A stretch of DNA of 64,000 nucleotides from a virus. A program made the translations under genes and the position numbers. The stretch covers positions 24,109-88,108 of IMG/VR virus record IMGVR_UViG_3300010354_000057; one strand, given 5' to 3'. Position 1 is the first letter of the stretch. Every line of letters begins with the position of its first letter. The notes beneath the pieces were generated by a model. The model made no database searches. It worked only from the letters and a program-made list of their open reading frames with translations, and had not been told where the DNA came from. Shown piece after piece: positions 29,965 through 39,776 of the stretch.

Positions 29965-31167
29965 ATGAATAAACCTCATTGTATAGTTCCTTGGGTATAC
30001 TTTTTTGCTGAAGCAAATGGTGATGTTGTTCCATGCTGTGTGAATGATACATTTTTAGGAAATGTTCTAGAACAAGATTACAAAAAAATATGGAACTCTA
30101 GAAAAATGAATAGATTTAGGAGAAGTATGTTAACTCCAGGACCACTTCCAAAATCTTGTCAAATATGTATAGAGAATGAGTTATTAACTAGCGACTATAA
30201 CAACACTTATAATCTTAGAGAATACTATAACAATTTTTTTAAAGACACTTTTGATGAAATTCAATATATTACTAACACTGATGGATCTATAAAGGAAGAT
30301 AAGATAAAATTTAAATCTTTTGTTTTCAAAGTTAGTAATAAATGTAATTTTCAGTGTAGAATGTGTAATGCTAGTAATAGTTCTTTGATAGCTGGAGAAG
30401 TAATAGAAAATCCAAAATTTTATAGAAAATTTGTTGAGGAAAACATAGATGATTTGGAATTAATAGAATTTATTGGTGGGGAATCATTATTAATGAATGA
30501 AACTTATGAATTATTGGAATTTTTAATTCAAAGAAATAAACCACATCCATATCTACATTTTAATACAAATATGTCTATTTTAGGTTTGGGTGGTAAAAAT
30601 ATTTTGGAGTATTTAAATAAATTAAATAAAGATAAGATCGAAATAGTTGCAAGTATAGATGAGATTGACGAGAGATCAGAATATATAAGAAAAAATTGCA
30701 ATTGGAAAACAGTAGAAAAAAACTTACAATTAATTTCTAAACAAAGTTTTAAAACTAACACAAATATTGTTGCTAGTTGTTATAATGTGTTTAGACTTCC
30801 AAAAATAATAGAGCGTCTTGTTGAGATTGGATATATAAATCAAAGAAATAATTACCAAAACTTTATGTTTAATCCAGTTATTGGAGATTGTGATATTTCA
30901 TTGTTAAGTAAAAAATTTAGAAAAAAAATAGATGATGAAATTTATGATTTTCTTTTATATTATAATAAAAAATATAATGTTGATGTCACATATAAATTTA
31001 AAATAATTTTTAGTAAATTAAATCGTGAAGAACCAGAAAATATAGATGATATGAGATTAGAATTTCTAAAAGAAACTTCTAAAAAGGATAAAATAAGAGG
31101 TGAAAAATTATTAAAAGTAATTCCAGAACTTAGAGATATTATTGAATTAATGAGAAATGGAAACTGA
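29965..31167 (+). CDS. Radical SAM protein with N-terminal SPASM/twitch domain
   Basis: CIVPW..GDVVPCC..CQIC, then CNFQCRMC, GGE, NTN. Confidence 0.88.
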   Translation: MNKPHCIVPWVYFFAEANGDVVPCCVNDTFLGNVLEQDYKKIWNSRKMNRFRRSMLTPGPLPKSCQICIENELLTSDYNNTYNLREYYNNFFKDTFDEIQYITNTDGSIKEDKIKFKSFVFKVSNKCNFQCRMCNASNSSLIAGEVIENPKFYRKFVEENIDDLELIEFIGGESLLMNETYELLEFLIQRNKPHPYLHFNTNMSILGLGGKNILEYLNKLNKDKIEIVASIDEIDERSEYIRKNCNWKTVEKNLQLISKQSFKTNTNIVASCYNVFRLPKIIERLVEIGYINQRNNYQNFMFNPVIGDCDISLLSKKFRKKIDDEIYDFLLYYNKKYNVDVTYKFKIIFSKLNREEPENIDDMRLEFLKETSKKDKIRGEKLLKVIPELRDIIELMRNGN

Positions 31168-31654
31168 TATTTTATTGGAACTATCTGCGAAATATGCGAG
31201 ATACAATTTTCATAAAGAAGAAGAACCAGTTTTTAAAGCATTCTCTGAAACTTCTTCATTAATGTCCTTTGAAGAATATAAAAAATGGGTTAAGCAAAAG
31301 TTTGAAAATTATTATTCTATTATTTGCTTAATGTGGAAAGGTGATGAAAATAGAATTGAAACACAACTATTAGATGACTATACAAATTTGGTTGATCTTT
31401 ATTCTGAAAAAAATGAAAATGTTAATCCAATAATAGGTGAAGATATGAGAAATCTTAAAGATCTATTATCATTTGCAATATATTTTTGTGAATATAGAAT
31501 ACAGCATATTACATTTGATAAATTTTCTGAAGGAAAAAGTTATCAAGAAATATTATACGATACTCAGTATTTTAGGGAGAAAAAAGATTTATGGTTAACC
31601 CAATATGATAAAGTAATGGAAAAAATTCATGCCGATCTTACCCATTCAGCATAA
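31157..31654 (+). CDS. Hypothetical protein
   Basis: 165 aa, overlaps the radical SAM gene end. Confidence 0.6.
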   Translation: METDILLELSAKYARYNFHKEEEPVFKAFSETSSLMSFEEYKKWVKQKFENYYSIICLMWKGDENRIETQLLDDYTNLVDLYSEKNENVNPIIGEDMRNLKDLLSFAIYFCEYRIQHITFDKFSEGKSYQEILYDTQYFREKKDLWLTQYDKVMEKIHADLTHSA

Positions 31655-32148
31655 ATTCTATGGTTACTATCATATTTCAAATCTACACATGTAAATTTGA
31701 AATGTTCTGCAAACTTTAAATGTAAATCATAAGACCAAGGAAAAAAGTCTATTTTTTGACATTCTTTATTTTCATGATCTTGTCTACCTGGATTACATCT
31801 CCAGTAAATTCTTGATGTTGGTTTTAGTAACTTTACTACAGAACTAATTTCTGATATAATTTTGTCTCCTGGTCCAAAATTAATACTACCAAGACAAAAA
31901 GCAACATCAAATCTTTGATCTGTTTTGAATTTATCTATAGTAACTTTATAATCTGCTTCATCAAATGCGGGATCTATTCCAATTAAATTTTTAATTTTAC
32001 TTTTGAATGGATTTGGTCCACAACCAACATCTAAAACCCACTCATCATCCGCAATATTGTTTATTAAATTCCAACCAGAATATAAGTATTGATCTAAATT
32101 ACTGGTCCATTTTGTTGCAAAGTATTCATTCAATTGCTCTTGTTTCAT
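31627..32148 (-). CDS. Class I SAM-dependent methyltransferase
   Basis: VLDVGCG, GID, FDVAFCLGSINFG; start placed at MKQEQL (32148). Confidence 0.8.
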   Translation of the reverse strand: MKQEQLNEYFATKWTSNLDQYLYSGWNLINNIADDEWVLDVGCGPNPFKSKIKNLIGIDPAFDEADYKVTIDKFKTDQRFDVAFCLGSINFGPGDKIISEISSVVKLLKPTSRIYWRCNPGRQDHENKECQKIDFFPWSYDLHLKFAEHFKFTCVDLKYDSNHRIYAEWVRSA

Positions 32149-32725
32149 GAAATTACCTAAAAGAATATTTTTTACTGGAGTTCCTGGATCCCGTTGGAGT
32201 GGTATCGCACAGACGCTAGAAATGATGTCTGGTATGAATACCTCTGACCGCACACCTGAGCGTGAATACGTTCATCATAGTTATACTGGACACAAAGGAG
32301 CGTATTTTGGACCTGGCATGGAGTTTGAACCAATTCTTGATCCAGATTATATTGATCAGGCATGGATTGAACCTCAGGGGTGTAAACTTGTTAAAAGTCA
32401 TGAATGGTCTTATTATCTAGGTGAAATCCGTCAGAAGTTTCCAGACGACTGGATAATGATGGTTTATCGTCCTGATATGACTAGTTATGCATGGTGGCAT
32501 GAAGCTGGAGGTTTTCAAATACAATATCCTAATTATTCTCATTATAAAAATAGTAGTGTTATGCTATGTGAAATAATGCAACAAAACTCTTTTATTTTAA
32601 AATTTGGTATGGAAAATAAATGTAGTTGGGAATATTTTAATGAAGAATGGGTGCAGAAAAATTTTAATCAACAGATTATAGTGAATAATGTTCATAATGA
32701 CATTTTAGTAACTTTGATAAAATAA
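32147..32725 (+). CDS. P-loop/sulfotransferase-like protein
   Basis: IFFTGVPGSRWSG, VKSH, MVYRP resembling 5'PSB/3'PB elements. Confidence 0.5.
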   Translation: MKLPKRIFFTGVPGSRWSGIAQTLEMMSGMNTSDRTPEREYVHHSYTGHKGAYFGPGMEFEPILDPDYIDQAWIEPQGCKLVKSHEWSYYLGEIRQKFPDDWIMMVYRPDMTSYAWWHEAGGFQIQYPNYSHYKNSSVMLCEIMQQNSFILKFGMENKCSWEYFNEEWVQKNFNQQIIVNNVHNDILVTLIK

Positions 32726-32729
32726 GAAA

Positions 32730-33602
32730 ATGTCTTTAATAGGAATTCATAAATGGACTGACATAAATTGTCCAGAGTATAAAATATTTGATACGAACAA
32801 ACAGGATGTAGATATTTCTTATTATAACGATCTTGGATATGAAGCATTTGATCCAAATCAAAAAAATGTAATACTTATATTTTTTAAAAGTGGATCTGGA
32901 GGTTTGTTTTTAGGAAATTGTTTATCTCTAAGTGATAATTTTTTATGCAAATACAAGAATATAGATGAGAAATTAAATTTTTTAAAAGAAAGTATTAAAT
33001 CACAAGAAGTATTTTGGAATGATATTTACCTTAGTTCAATAGTAGACTATGGTGATGTTGAAAACACTGAAAAATATTCTTTAGTATATGATCATAATCC
33101 TAAAACCATAAAGTATCATTTTAAACATTGGAAAAATTTAAATGTTATATATTTTAAAAATCCAGATCTTTTTTGTAGAGTAAGAAGAGTTTTAAAGAAT
33201 TTTAATGGATATATTTCACATACTAGTTCAGAAAAAATAAAAAAAGTAGAAGTAAAAGAAATACCAAAATCAATTAAACAATATAGATCTCTTTCTAAAA
33301 AAGATCAAAATTTTTTAAAAGAGCTTTATTTTAGTGATGAAAAACTTTATACGTCTTCATTTTTAAATAACAAGAAACTATTTTACGTTTGGGACACAAA
33401 TTGGTATTTTTCTGAGGAAGATACTGTAACTCATATTAAAGAACTTTATGATCTTTTTAATTTATCTGGGTTTAATGAATATGCTATAAAAGAATATTAT
33501 AAAATATGGATTGAAAAGATAGATGATTTGAGAACTTTGGATTTTAATAGTATTAAACATTTATCCGAAGATCAAAATACATTTGATAGAAGTATTTTTT
33601 AA
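32730..33602 (+). CDS. Sulfotransferase-like/P-loop paralogue family member 1
   Basis: FFKSGSGGLFLGNCLSLS...VWDTNWY. Confidence 0.5.
   Translation: MSLIGIHKWTDINCPEYKIFDTNKQDVDISYYNDLGYEAFDPNQKNVILIFFKSGSGGLFLGNCLSLSDNFLCKYKNIDEKLNFLKESIKSQEVFWNDIYLSSIVDYGDVENTEKYSLVYDHNPKTIKYHFKHWKNLNVIYFKNPDLFCRVRRVLKNFNGYISHTSSEKIKKVEVKEIPKSIKQYRSLSKKDQNFLKELYFSDEKLYTSSFLNNKKLFYVWDTNWYFSEEDTVTHIKELYDLFNLSGFNEYAIKEYYKIWIEKIDDLRTLDFNSIKHLSEDQNTFDRSIF
33369..33458 (+). repeat. 90-bp exact repeat, copy A (identical to 35361-35450)
   Basis: Base-by-base comparison. Confidence 0.9.
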
Positions 33603-33603
33603 T

Positions 33604-33632
33604 TTGACACTAAATAGTTTTTTGATTATAAT
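33604..33632 (+). promoter_or_regulatory. Sigma70 promoter of ferritin-like gene
   Basis: TTGACA-N17-TATAAT, perfect. Confidence 0.8.
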
Positions 33633-33671
33633 AGATTTGTTATCATGATGATTTGAAATAAATCTTTATTT

Positions 33672-33679
33672 TATAAATA
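33672..33679 (+). promoter_or_regulatory. T4 late promoter
   Basis: TATAAATA exact consensus. Confidence 0.7.
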
Positions 33680-33716
33680 ATAATAAATTAAAGTAGGTTA
33701 CTACGGAGTTAAAAAA

Positions 33717-34391
33717 ATGCTTTCTGGAAAAGAATTTGTACAAAAAATCAAGAGAGAGAATGCTGAACTTTTTGAACAATCTCGCGTGAATGTTCGTCGT
33801 TTCTTTGCTTCAAACCCAAGCAAGGAGCACATGGTTGAGCATTTCCGTGGCCGCATGGTAAACGAAGCAATGAACATGAAAGCAATCGCTGCTGAGGTTG
33901 CTGCTGCTCCAGCATCTATGGATGTTACCGAACTTGAACTGCTGACTAAGCAAGCACAAGATGAGGCAAAGCACTTCCGTATGGTGAAGGAAGTTATTGA
34001 GCACATTTCTGGTGAGAAAGTAGATGTTGATGCTGCTTTCGCCGCAGAAGCTGCTGCTCCACAAGCAAAAGGTGCTACTCTACTCGATAAGTATGGTGCA
34101 TCTGAGGATCCTGCTGCTCTTGCTGCATATCAACTCGTCGCTGAGGGTCGTGCAGAGGCAGTCTGGAACGAAATGGCAGAGTGTGTAGAAGATGAATTCA
34201 TTTCTTCACGTTATGCTGCTATTGCTAAGGACGAAGGTTTCCACGCTAATATTGGTGGTTGGAAACTTGAGAAACTTGTAGAAGGTGCTGCTGACCTCCA
34301 GGAGCGCATTCTTGCAATGGTTGCTCAAATGCGTTCGGATCTTCTTGAAATCAGCAACAAGAACACCGCTGTTCCTTTTGCTGCTATCTGA
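33717..34391 (+). CDS. Ferritin-like di-iron carboxylate protein
   Basis: E...DEAKH...E...DEGFH ligand pattern; GGAG RBS. Confidence 0.8.
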   Translation: MLSGKEFVQKIKRENAELFEQSRVNVRRFFASNPSKEHMVEHFRGRMVNEAMNMKAIAAEVAAAPASMDVTELELLTKQAQDEAKHFRMVKEVIEHISGEKVDVDAAFAAEAAAPQAKGATLLDKYGASEDPAALAAYQLVAEGRAEAVWNEMAECVEDEFISSRYAAIAKDEGFHANIGGWKLEKLVEGAADLQERILAMVAQMRSDLLEISNKNTAVPFAAI

Positions 34392-34407
34392 TAGATAAAA
34401 ATATATT

Positions 34408-34662
34408 ATGAGTACTTTTGAAACAAGGCAACGTAAAGATAAAACTCGCATAATTAAGTGGGTTAGTGCCAGTACAATACTCATCGCAATGGTGTTTCAT
34501 GTATTGGGGCTAACCCCTTGGAATAGCATCCTACAATTAATTGGTGCATCTGGTTGGACTTATGTTGGATTTAAATGGAAGGAACGTTCAATCATAATGA
34601 ACTTCCTTCCACAATTTTTTATTATCATACCTGGATTATTTTATTTGTTTTTTATAAAATGA
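34408..34662 (+). CDS. Small membrane protein (about 3 TM)
   Basis: IKWVS..hydrophobic..PWN..G..GW..G..W.ERS. Confidence 0.65.
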   Translation: MSTFETRQRKDKTRIIKWVSASTILIAMVFHVLGLTPWNSILQLIGASGWTYVGFKWKERSIIMNFLPQFFIIIPGLFYLFFIK

Positions 34663-35615
34663 CTAAAGAGGTTGATGAATTAAAAAATTCTTTAGATTTT
34701 AGTAAAATTAGGATAGGTTCACATCGATGGAATGTTCAGTCTGGTAGAGACCTTGAATATATTGAATGGGATAGTCTTCCAGAAGATGTAGATGAACAGA
34801 GAGATAATCTATCAAGATATTTTTACGATCGTGATTATGAGAATGTTTTACTAATATTTTTTAAAAGTGGTGCTGGTGGATTATTTCTATCAAATTGTTT
34901 AGCATTGAGTGATAGTGTTGGTAGTATTTTTATAGACATAGAAGAAAAAATAAGATTTTTTAATAAGTACCTTGAATCTCAAAAAGTTTTTTGGAATGAT
35001 TGTTATATAAACAATACTTCTCCAGAAATTCATCAAAATAACAAAGAATATTTTAGAAAAAAATATCATTTTATTTACGAACATAATCCAAAATATATAA
35101 AAAGACATTTAAAGTTTTGGAGTAAATGTAACGTAATATACTTTACAAATCCAGATTTATTCTGTAAAATAAGGCAGTTATTAAAAAATATAGATGGTAA
35201 TCTAGGATATATTAGTTATGAACATGTTAAACCTGATTTAACTGGGTATTCTGTACCAAAAAGTTTTAAAGACTTTTTTAATCTTCCCAAAGAAAGACAA
35301 GAAATTTTAAAAAATGTCTACAAGAGTGAAGAAAATATAAATTCTTTTTGTTTTTCAAAGAACAAGAAACTATTTTACGTTTGGGACACAAATTGGTATT
35401 TTTCTGAGGAAGATACTGTAACTCATATTAAAGAACTTTATGATCTTTTTGGATTTAATGATTTTAACGCTGATGTAGTATCTCAGTTTTATAGAAAGTG
35501 GATTTCTAAATTAGATGAACTTTCCATAAGAGAAATTCCTGATAATATACAAGAGTTACTTAAAAATGAAAAAAATTTTGATAAATCTATAACCTCTTTT
35601 TGGGACTTATACTAA
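34659..35615 (+). CDS. Sulfotransferase-like/P-loop paralogue family member 2
   Basis: FFKSGAGGLFLSNCLALS; start at MTKEV. Confidence 0.5.
   Translation: MTKEVDELKNSLDFSKIRIGSHRWNVQSGRDLEYIEWDSLPEDVDEQRDNLSRYFYDRDYENVLLIFFKSGAGGLFLSNCLALSDSVGSIFIDIEEKIRFFNKYLESQKVFWNDCYINNTSPEIHQNNKEYFRKKYHFIYEHNPKYIKRHLKFWSKCNVIYFTNPDLFCKIRQLLKNIDGNLGYISYEHVKPDLTGYSVPKSFKDFFNLPKERQEILKNVYKSEENINSFCFSKNKKLFYVWDTNWYFSEEDTVTHIKELYDLFGFNDFNADVVSQFYRKWISKLDELSIREIPDNIQELLKNEKNFDKSITSFWDLY
35361..35467 (+). repeat. Exact repeat, copy B
   Basis: 35361-35450 = copy A; 35376-35467 = copy C. Confidence 0.9.
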
Positions 35616-36556
35616 TGAATAAAAAAATTAATTTAGGATCTCATAGGTGGAATCCTTTGTCAAATAGAAGTCTTGAATACATTAAATGGGATAAAGTTCC
35701 AGAAGATGTGCAATATCAAAGAAAAAACCTCAAAAGATCTTTTTATGATCGTGATTATGAAAAAGTTATAGTTTTGTTTTTTCAAAGTGGGTCTGGTGGG
35801 TTATTTTTAGCTAATTGTCTATCATTAAGTAATTCTGTTTGTAGTTCATTTGTACACGTAAATGAAAAAATACAATTACTTAATAATTATTTGAAGAGAC
35901 AGAAAGGAACTTTTTGGAATGATCTTTATATTAATAATTATTATCCAGAATTATTTCAAGAAGATGGAGAAAATAAAGAAGAGGGAATATGGCATACTAC
36001 AGATGGGTACTTCTTTATTCATGAACACGAAGCTAAAAATATACCAATTCATTTAGAATTTTGGAATAATGCTAATATGATATATTTCAAAAATCCAGAT
36101 CTTTTTTGTAAGATTAGGAAACTCCTTAAGAATATTGATGGTAGACTTGGGTATATGAGTTACGAACCACTTAAACAAACTAAAGAACAATATCCAATTC
36201 CATCGAGTTTTTCTGAATTTTTTAAATTATCTAAAAAAGAACAGGAAGAGTTAAAAGATGTATATAAAAGCGCAGACATATATACATCATCATTTTTAAA
36301 GAATAAAAAATTATTATACGTTTGGGACACAAATTGGTATTTTTCTGAGGAAGATACTGTAACTCATATTAAAGAACTTTATGATCTTTTTGGATTTAAT
36401 GATTTTAATAAAAAGGCAATAATTAACTATTACAATCAGTGGATCGAAAAATTGGATGAATTAAGTTCTAGACCAATACCTAATAATTTGCCAGAACTGA
36501 TTGGAAATAAAACTAATTATGATGTTCCTATAAGTAACTTTAAAGATTTAAAATGA
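35615..36556 (+). CDS. Sulfotransferase-like/P-loop paralogue family member 3
   Basis: FFQSGSGGLFLANCLSLS. Confidence 0.5.
   Translation: MNKKINLGSHRWNPLSNRSLEYIKWDKVPEDVQYQRKNLKRSFYDRDYEKVIVLFFQSGSGGLFLANCLSLSNSVCSSFVHVNEKIQLLNNYLKRQKGTFWNDLYINNYYPELFQEDGENKEEGIWHTTDGYFFIHEHEAKNIPIHLEFWNNANMIYFKNPDLFCKIRKLLKNIDGRLGYMSYEPLKQTKEQYPIPSSFSEFFKLSKKEQEELKDVYKSADIYTSSFLKNKKLLYVWDTNWYFSEEDTVTHIKELYDLFGFNDFNKKAIINYYNQWIEKLDELSSRPIPNNLPELIGNKTNYDVPISNFKDLK
36317..36408 (+). repeat. 92-bp exact repeat, copy C
   Basis: Identical to 35376-35467. Confidence 0.9.
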
Positions 36557-36581
36557 TTAGTAAAGTATTTTGGTGTTTCAA

Positions 36582-37208
36582 ATGAAAAAAATGGTAATTC
36601 TTACTGGACCTCAAGGATCTGGTAATCATCTATGGTCTAAGATATTTTCACTACATCCAAATGTATTTGGATGGAAAACTTTACTTGAAAACTACTGGGA
36701 AGCGCATAGATTTGCTGAACCATTTTGTGAATATTGGAAAGATATAACAAAACTCAAAGATTTTGATTGGTCTACACATGATTATTTTTTTACCAGTATT
36801 AGTGTTCCTCTGGGAATTAAAGAAACAAAATGGGAACCTAATATTATGAAGTTTTCTAATGAAGTAGAAAATTTGGGCATTAAAACTCAAATAGTTGTAG
36901 TTGGTAGAGATCAAAATATTCTGAGGCATCAGCAAAATCGCCTTAGAAAGGAGAGTACTCTTCCGCATTTCATGAAACAACTTCCAGAGTTTCCTAATCC
37001 TATATTTTTAAGTTATGAACTTCTTTATCTTTATAAGCAGGATTATTTGAAGTCTTTGGATGTTGGGATTCCAATCGCTTGGGATGATCCAAGAATTGAT
37101 GATATATTAACTAATGACCCTAATGATAAGTATGTTCATCATGTGGAAGAGTATTTTTTAGATAGATGTAATAGAACGGGAATTCCATTAAAACAGATAA
37201 ATGAGTAA
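36582..37208 (+). CDS. P-loop/sulfotransferase-like protein (paralogue of 39123-39776)
   Basis: ILTGPQGSGNHLWSK, GRD.NI...Q.R.R, SYE. Confidence 0.55.
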   Translation: MKKMVILTGPQGSGNHLWSKIFSLHPNVFGWKTLLENYWEAHRFAEPFCEYWKDITKLKDFDWSTHDYFFTSISVPLGIKETKWEPNIMKFSNEVENLGIKTQIVVVGRDQNILRHQQNRLRKESTLPHFMKQLPEFPNPIFLSYELLYLYKQDYLKSLDVGIPIAWDDPRIDDILTNDPNDKYVHHVEEYFLDRCNRTGIPLKQINE

Positions 37209-38049
37209 TTATGATCTAGATTTATCAAATTATATAAAATTACAACTCATAGAATCTACTGATGATGAGTATATAATTTATAAGCAAAGTGAAAATTTTT
37301 TTCCAGAAGGAAATTTTCACTTTGTTCATAAAAATTATGATAAGATTATTTTGGTTATATATCCCTTTGCTTCTGGTGGAAATTTTTTAATTAATTGTTT
37401 ATCGTTGAGTAACGATATTGCATCATCTCTTAAATCTTTATCAGACAAGATTAAATTTTTGGATAGTTCTCTTTCTTCTCAAGAAAAACACTGGGAAGAT
37501 TTTCTTATCAATGACAAATTTTTTACTTATAGTGATGTAAAGAGTAAAAAAAAGGAAAAATATTTTTTTATAAAAACGCATTTAGTAAATAAAATAAAAA
37601 ATCAGTCTACTAATCTTTCGGATACATCAAATAATATAAATTATCACTTAAAAAATTGGAAAAACTGTAAAAAAATAATATACATAAAAAACACAAGACT
37701 ATTTTGTAATCTTAGAAGATGTATTTTAAAAAAATCTGTGGAAAATGGATTATACGAAAAAATACCCTTACAAATTGGGGATTATTTTAAATTATCGGAT
37801 GATAAGAAAGAATTATTGAAGAAAATATACAACGATAAAATTCAAAAATATTCTTATTGTGATATTCAATCTAAAATTGAATATTATGTATGGGATGCTA
37901 ATTGGTATTTGTCAGAACAAGATACTATTTTTAACATTAGACAATTTTATGATGCTATTGGACTGTCTCAATTTAATGAAAAATATTTAAAACATTTTTA
38001 TAACTCTTGGATGAATACTATCATAAGACTTAGAAAAATTGATTTGTAA
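37201..38049 (+). CDS. Sulfotransferase-like/P-loop paralogue family member 4
   Basis: YPFASGGNFLINCLSLS, KTH, VWDANWY. Confidence 0.5.
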   Translation: MSNYDLDLSNYIKLQLIESTDDEYIIYKQSENFFPEGNFHFVHKNYDKIILVIYPFASGGNFLINCLSLSNDIASSLKSLSDKIKFLDSSLSSQEKHWEDFLINDKFFTYSDVKSKKKEKYFFIKTHLVNKIKNQSTNLSDTSNNINYHLKNWKNCKKIIYIKNTRLFCNLRRCILKKSVENGLYEKIPLQIGDYFKLSDDKKELLKKIYNDKIQKYSYCDIQSKIEYYVWDANWYLSEQDTIFNIRQFYDAIGLSQFNEKYLKHFYNSWMNTIIRLRKIDL

Positions 38050-38051
38050 TT

Positions 38052-38771
38052 ATGTGGCAACCATTCTTCCCTTCACTATATGATTTTAGTTATACTAATC
38101 ATAATGATAGAATAAAAAATTTTTATTCCACATTCAAATTTAAAAATAATAAAAATTCTATTATAGTTATTTTTGATGGAGGATCTGGTGGAGGATTTCT
38201 TGTCAATTGTTTATCTTTAAGTGATAAGATAGGATCTACTATTAATAATAAAATTGATTTTCTTTTAGGGAAATTAGATAATATGGGTGTTGTTTGGGAA
38301 GACTTTCATTTAAATAATATTATTGAAGATGGTAAATATTTTTTTATTTTAGATCACCCCTTTACCTCAAAAGTTCTCAAATATCACCTAAAAACGTGGA
38401 ATAGTAAAATAGTAATATTATTTAAAAATACTAATTATTTTTGTAAACTTAGAAGATGTGTTTGGAATGTTAATGGTGAAATATGTTATGATGAAGAATA
38501 TAAAGATGGAATTATTAAAACTGAAAATAAATTAGAGAGATACAATGATAAAAATCAAACATATTCTTTTTGTGATTTAGATAATAAGATTAATTTTTAT
38601 ATTTGGGATACTAATTGGTATTTTTCTTTTGAAGAAACTATTTTTAATTTAAATCAATTATATAATTTATTGGAATTGGGGAGTATTGACGAAAAAGCAA
38701 TAAAGAAGTATTATAATGTTTGGATAAAAAAAATTAATGATCTAAAAAATATATCTGTAAAACATGGATAA
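38052..38771 (+). CDS. Sulfotransferase-like/P-loop paralogue family member 5
   Basis: FDGGSGGGFLVNCLSLS, IWDTNWY. Confidence 0.5.
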   Translation: MWQPFFPSLYDFSYTNHNDRIKNFYSTFKFKNNKNSIIVIFDGGSGGGFLVNCLSLSDKIGSTINNKIDFLLGKLDNMGVVWEDFHLNNIIEDGKYFFILDHPFTSKVLKYHLKTWNSKIVILFKNTNYFCKLRRCVWNVNGEICYDEEYKDGIIKTENKLERYNDKNQTYSFCDLDNKINFYIWDTNWYFSFEETIFNLNQLYNLLELGSIDEKAIKKYYNVWIKKINDLKNISVKHG

Positions 38772-39120
38772 TTATTCAAAATTAATAAATGTATCTGAAA
38801 GTATAGATGCGACTGAAGAACAATTATTAAAATTGTCTAACCATAAACATTATGGAATAAGATATAGAGTTGCAAAAAATGTAAATACAACAGAAAGTAT
38901 TTTGTCTAATCTTGTTGATGACAATACTATATCTGTTAGATACGAAGTTGCTAGAAATAAAAATACAAATCTCAGGGATTTGGTAAAATTATTAAAGGAT
39001 AAAAGTTCTATAGTTGTTATTGCTGCCAAAAATAATTTAGAAGAAAGAACAAAAAAAGAAATAACAACTCCAGATACTATAGGAATAAGAAAAGTTAAAT
39101 TAATAACCGAACATTTTTGA
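38764..39120 (+). CDS. LRV/HEAT-like repeat protein
   Basis: Repeats of L..D....VR..VA.N.NT. Confidence 0.7.
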   Translation: MDNYSKLINVSESIDATEEQLLKLSNHKHYGIRYRVAKNVNTTESILSNLVDDNTISVRYEVARNKNTNLRDLVKLLKDKSSIVVIAAKNNLEERTKKEITTPDTIGIRKVKLITEHF

Positions 39121-39122
39121 AA

Positions 39123-39776
39123 ATGAAAAAACTTTTAATCATCACAGGACCACAAGGATCTGGTAATCATTTCTTTAGTAGAGTATTCAGTACACATCCA
39201 GAAGTTGGTGGATGGAAAAGTCTTCTTGAAAAGTATTGGGTTCCTAGTGATGAAGAATACTTTGCAAGATACTGGGTTTATCCTGAGGAACTTACGAAAA
39301 AAGATTTTGAAGGATATGATTATTGGTTGGCAAATGTAAGTTGCCCATTCTTTTATGATGGGGTCAGGTATGTCCCAAAGATTAAAGAAGTTGCAGAGAA
39401 AGCACAATCATTTGGAATTGATGTTCAGATTGCAATTATTGTAAGAGATCCGAATATCAATGGTCAGCAGCAACTGAGAGTTCGTGGAGAAATTACAATT
39501 CCTATTGCACAAGATTACTACTACAATACTCTTATTCCTGCAGGATTTAAAGTTCACTTCCTAGATAATGAGGCGTTTTTCTTACACAGAGGACATTATC
39601 TCAAATGGGTAAGTGAACTTTTAGATTTCCCTGTGGACTATAACAATCCTGATATTTTTAAGTTTATTACTGAAGATCCTAATAAAAAATATGTGAATTA
39701 TGTTGATGAATATTGGCTTGACAAAGAGGTGTGGGATGGGATAAGATCTAAGAAAGATAGGAATTTACATTCATGA
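39123..39776 (+). CDS. P-loop/sulfotransferase-like protein
   Basis: IITGPQGSGNHFFSR, VRDPNI. Confidence 0.55.
   Translation: MKKLLIITGPQGSGNHFFSRVFSTHPEVGGWKSLLEKYWVPSDEEYFARYWVYPEELTKKDFEGYDYWLANVSCPFFYDGVRYVPKIKEVAEKAQSFGIDVQIAIIVRDPNINGQQQLRVRGEITIPIAQDYYYNTLIPAGFKVHFLDNEAFFLHRGHYLKWVSELLDFPVDYNNPDIFKFITEDPNKKYVNYVDEYWLDKEVWDGIRSKKDRNLHS

Noticed and set aside
33717-34391. Calling it aldehyde-deformylating oxygenase or RNR beta subunit
   Set aside because: Only the generic di-iron ligand pattern is shared; no family-specific motifs recognised
33369-36408. ~90-bp repeats as a DGR template/variable region
   Set aside because: Copies are identical with no adenine-specific differences, all are in-frame coding, and there is no reverse transcriptase in the window
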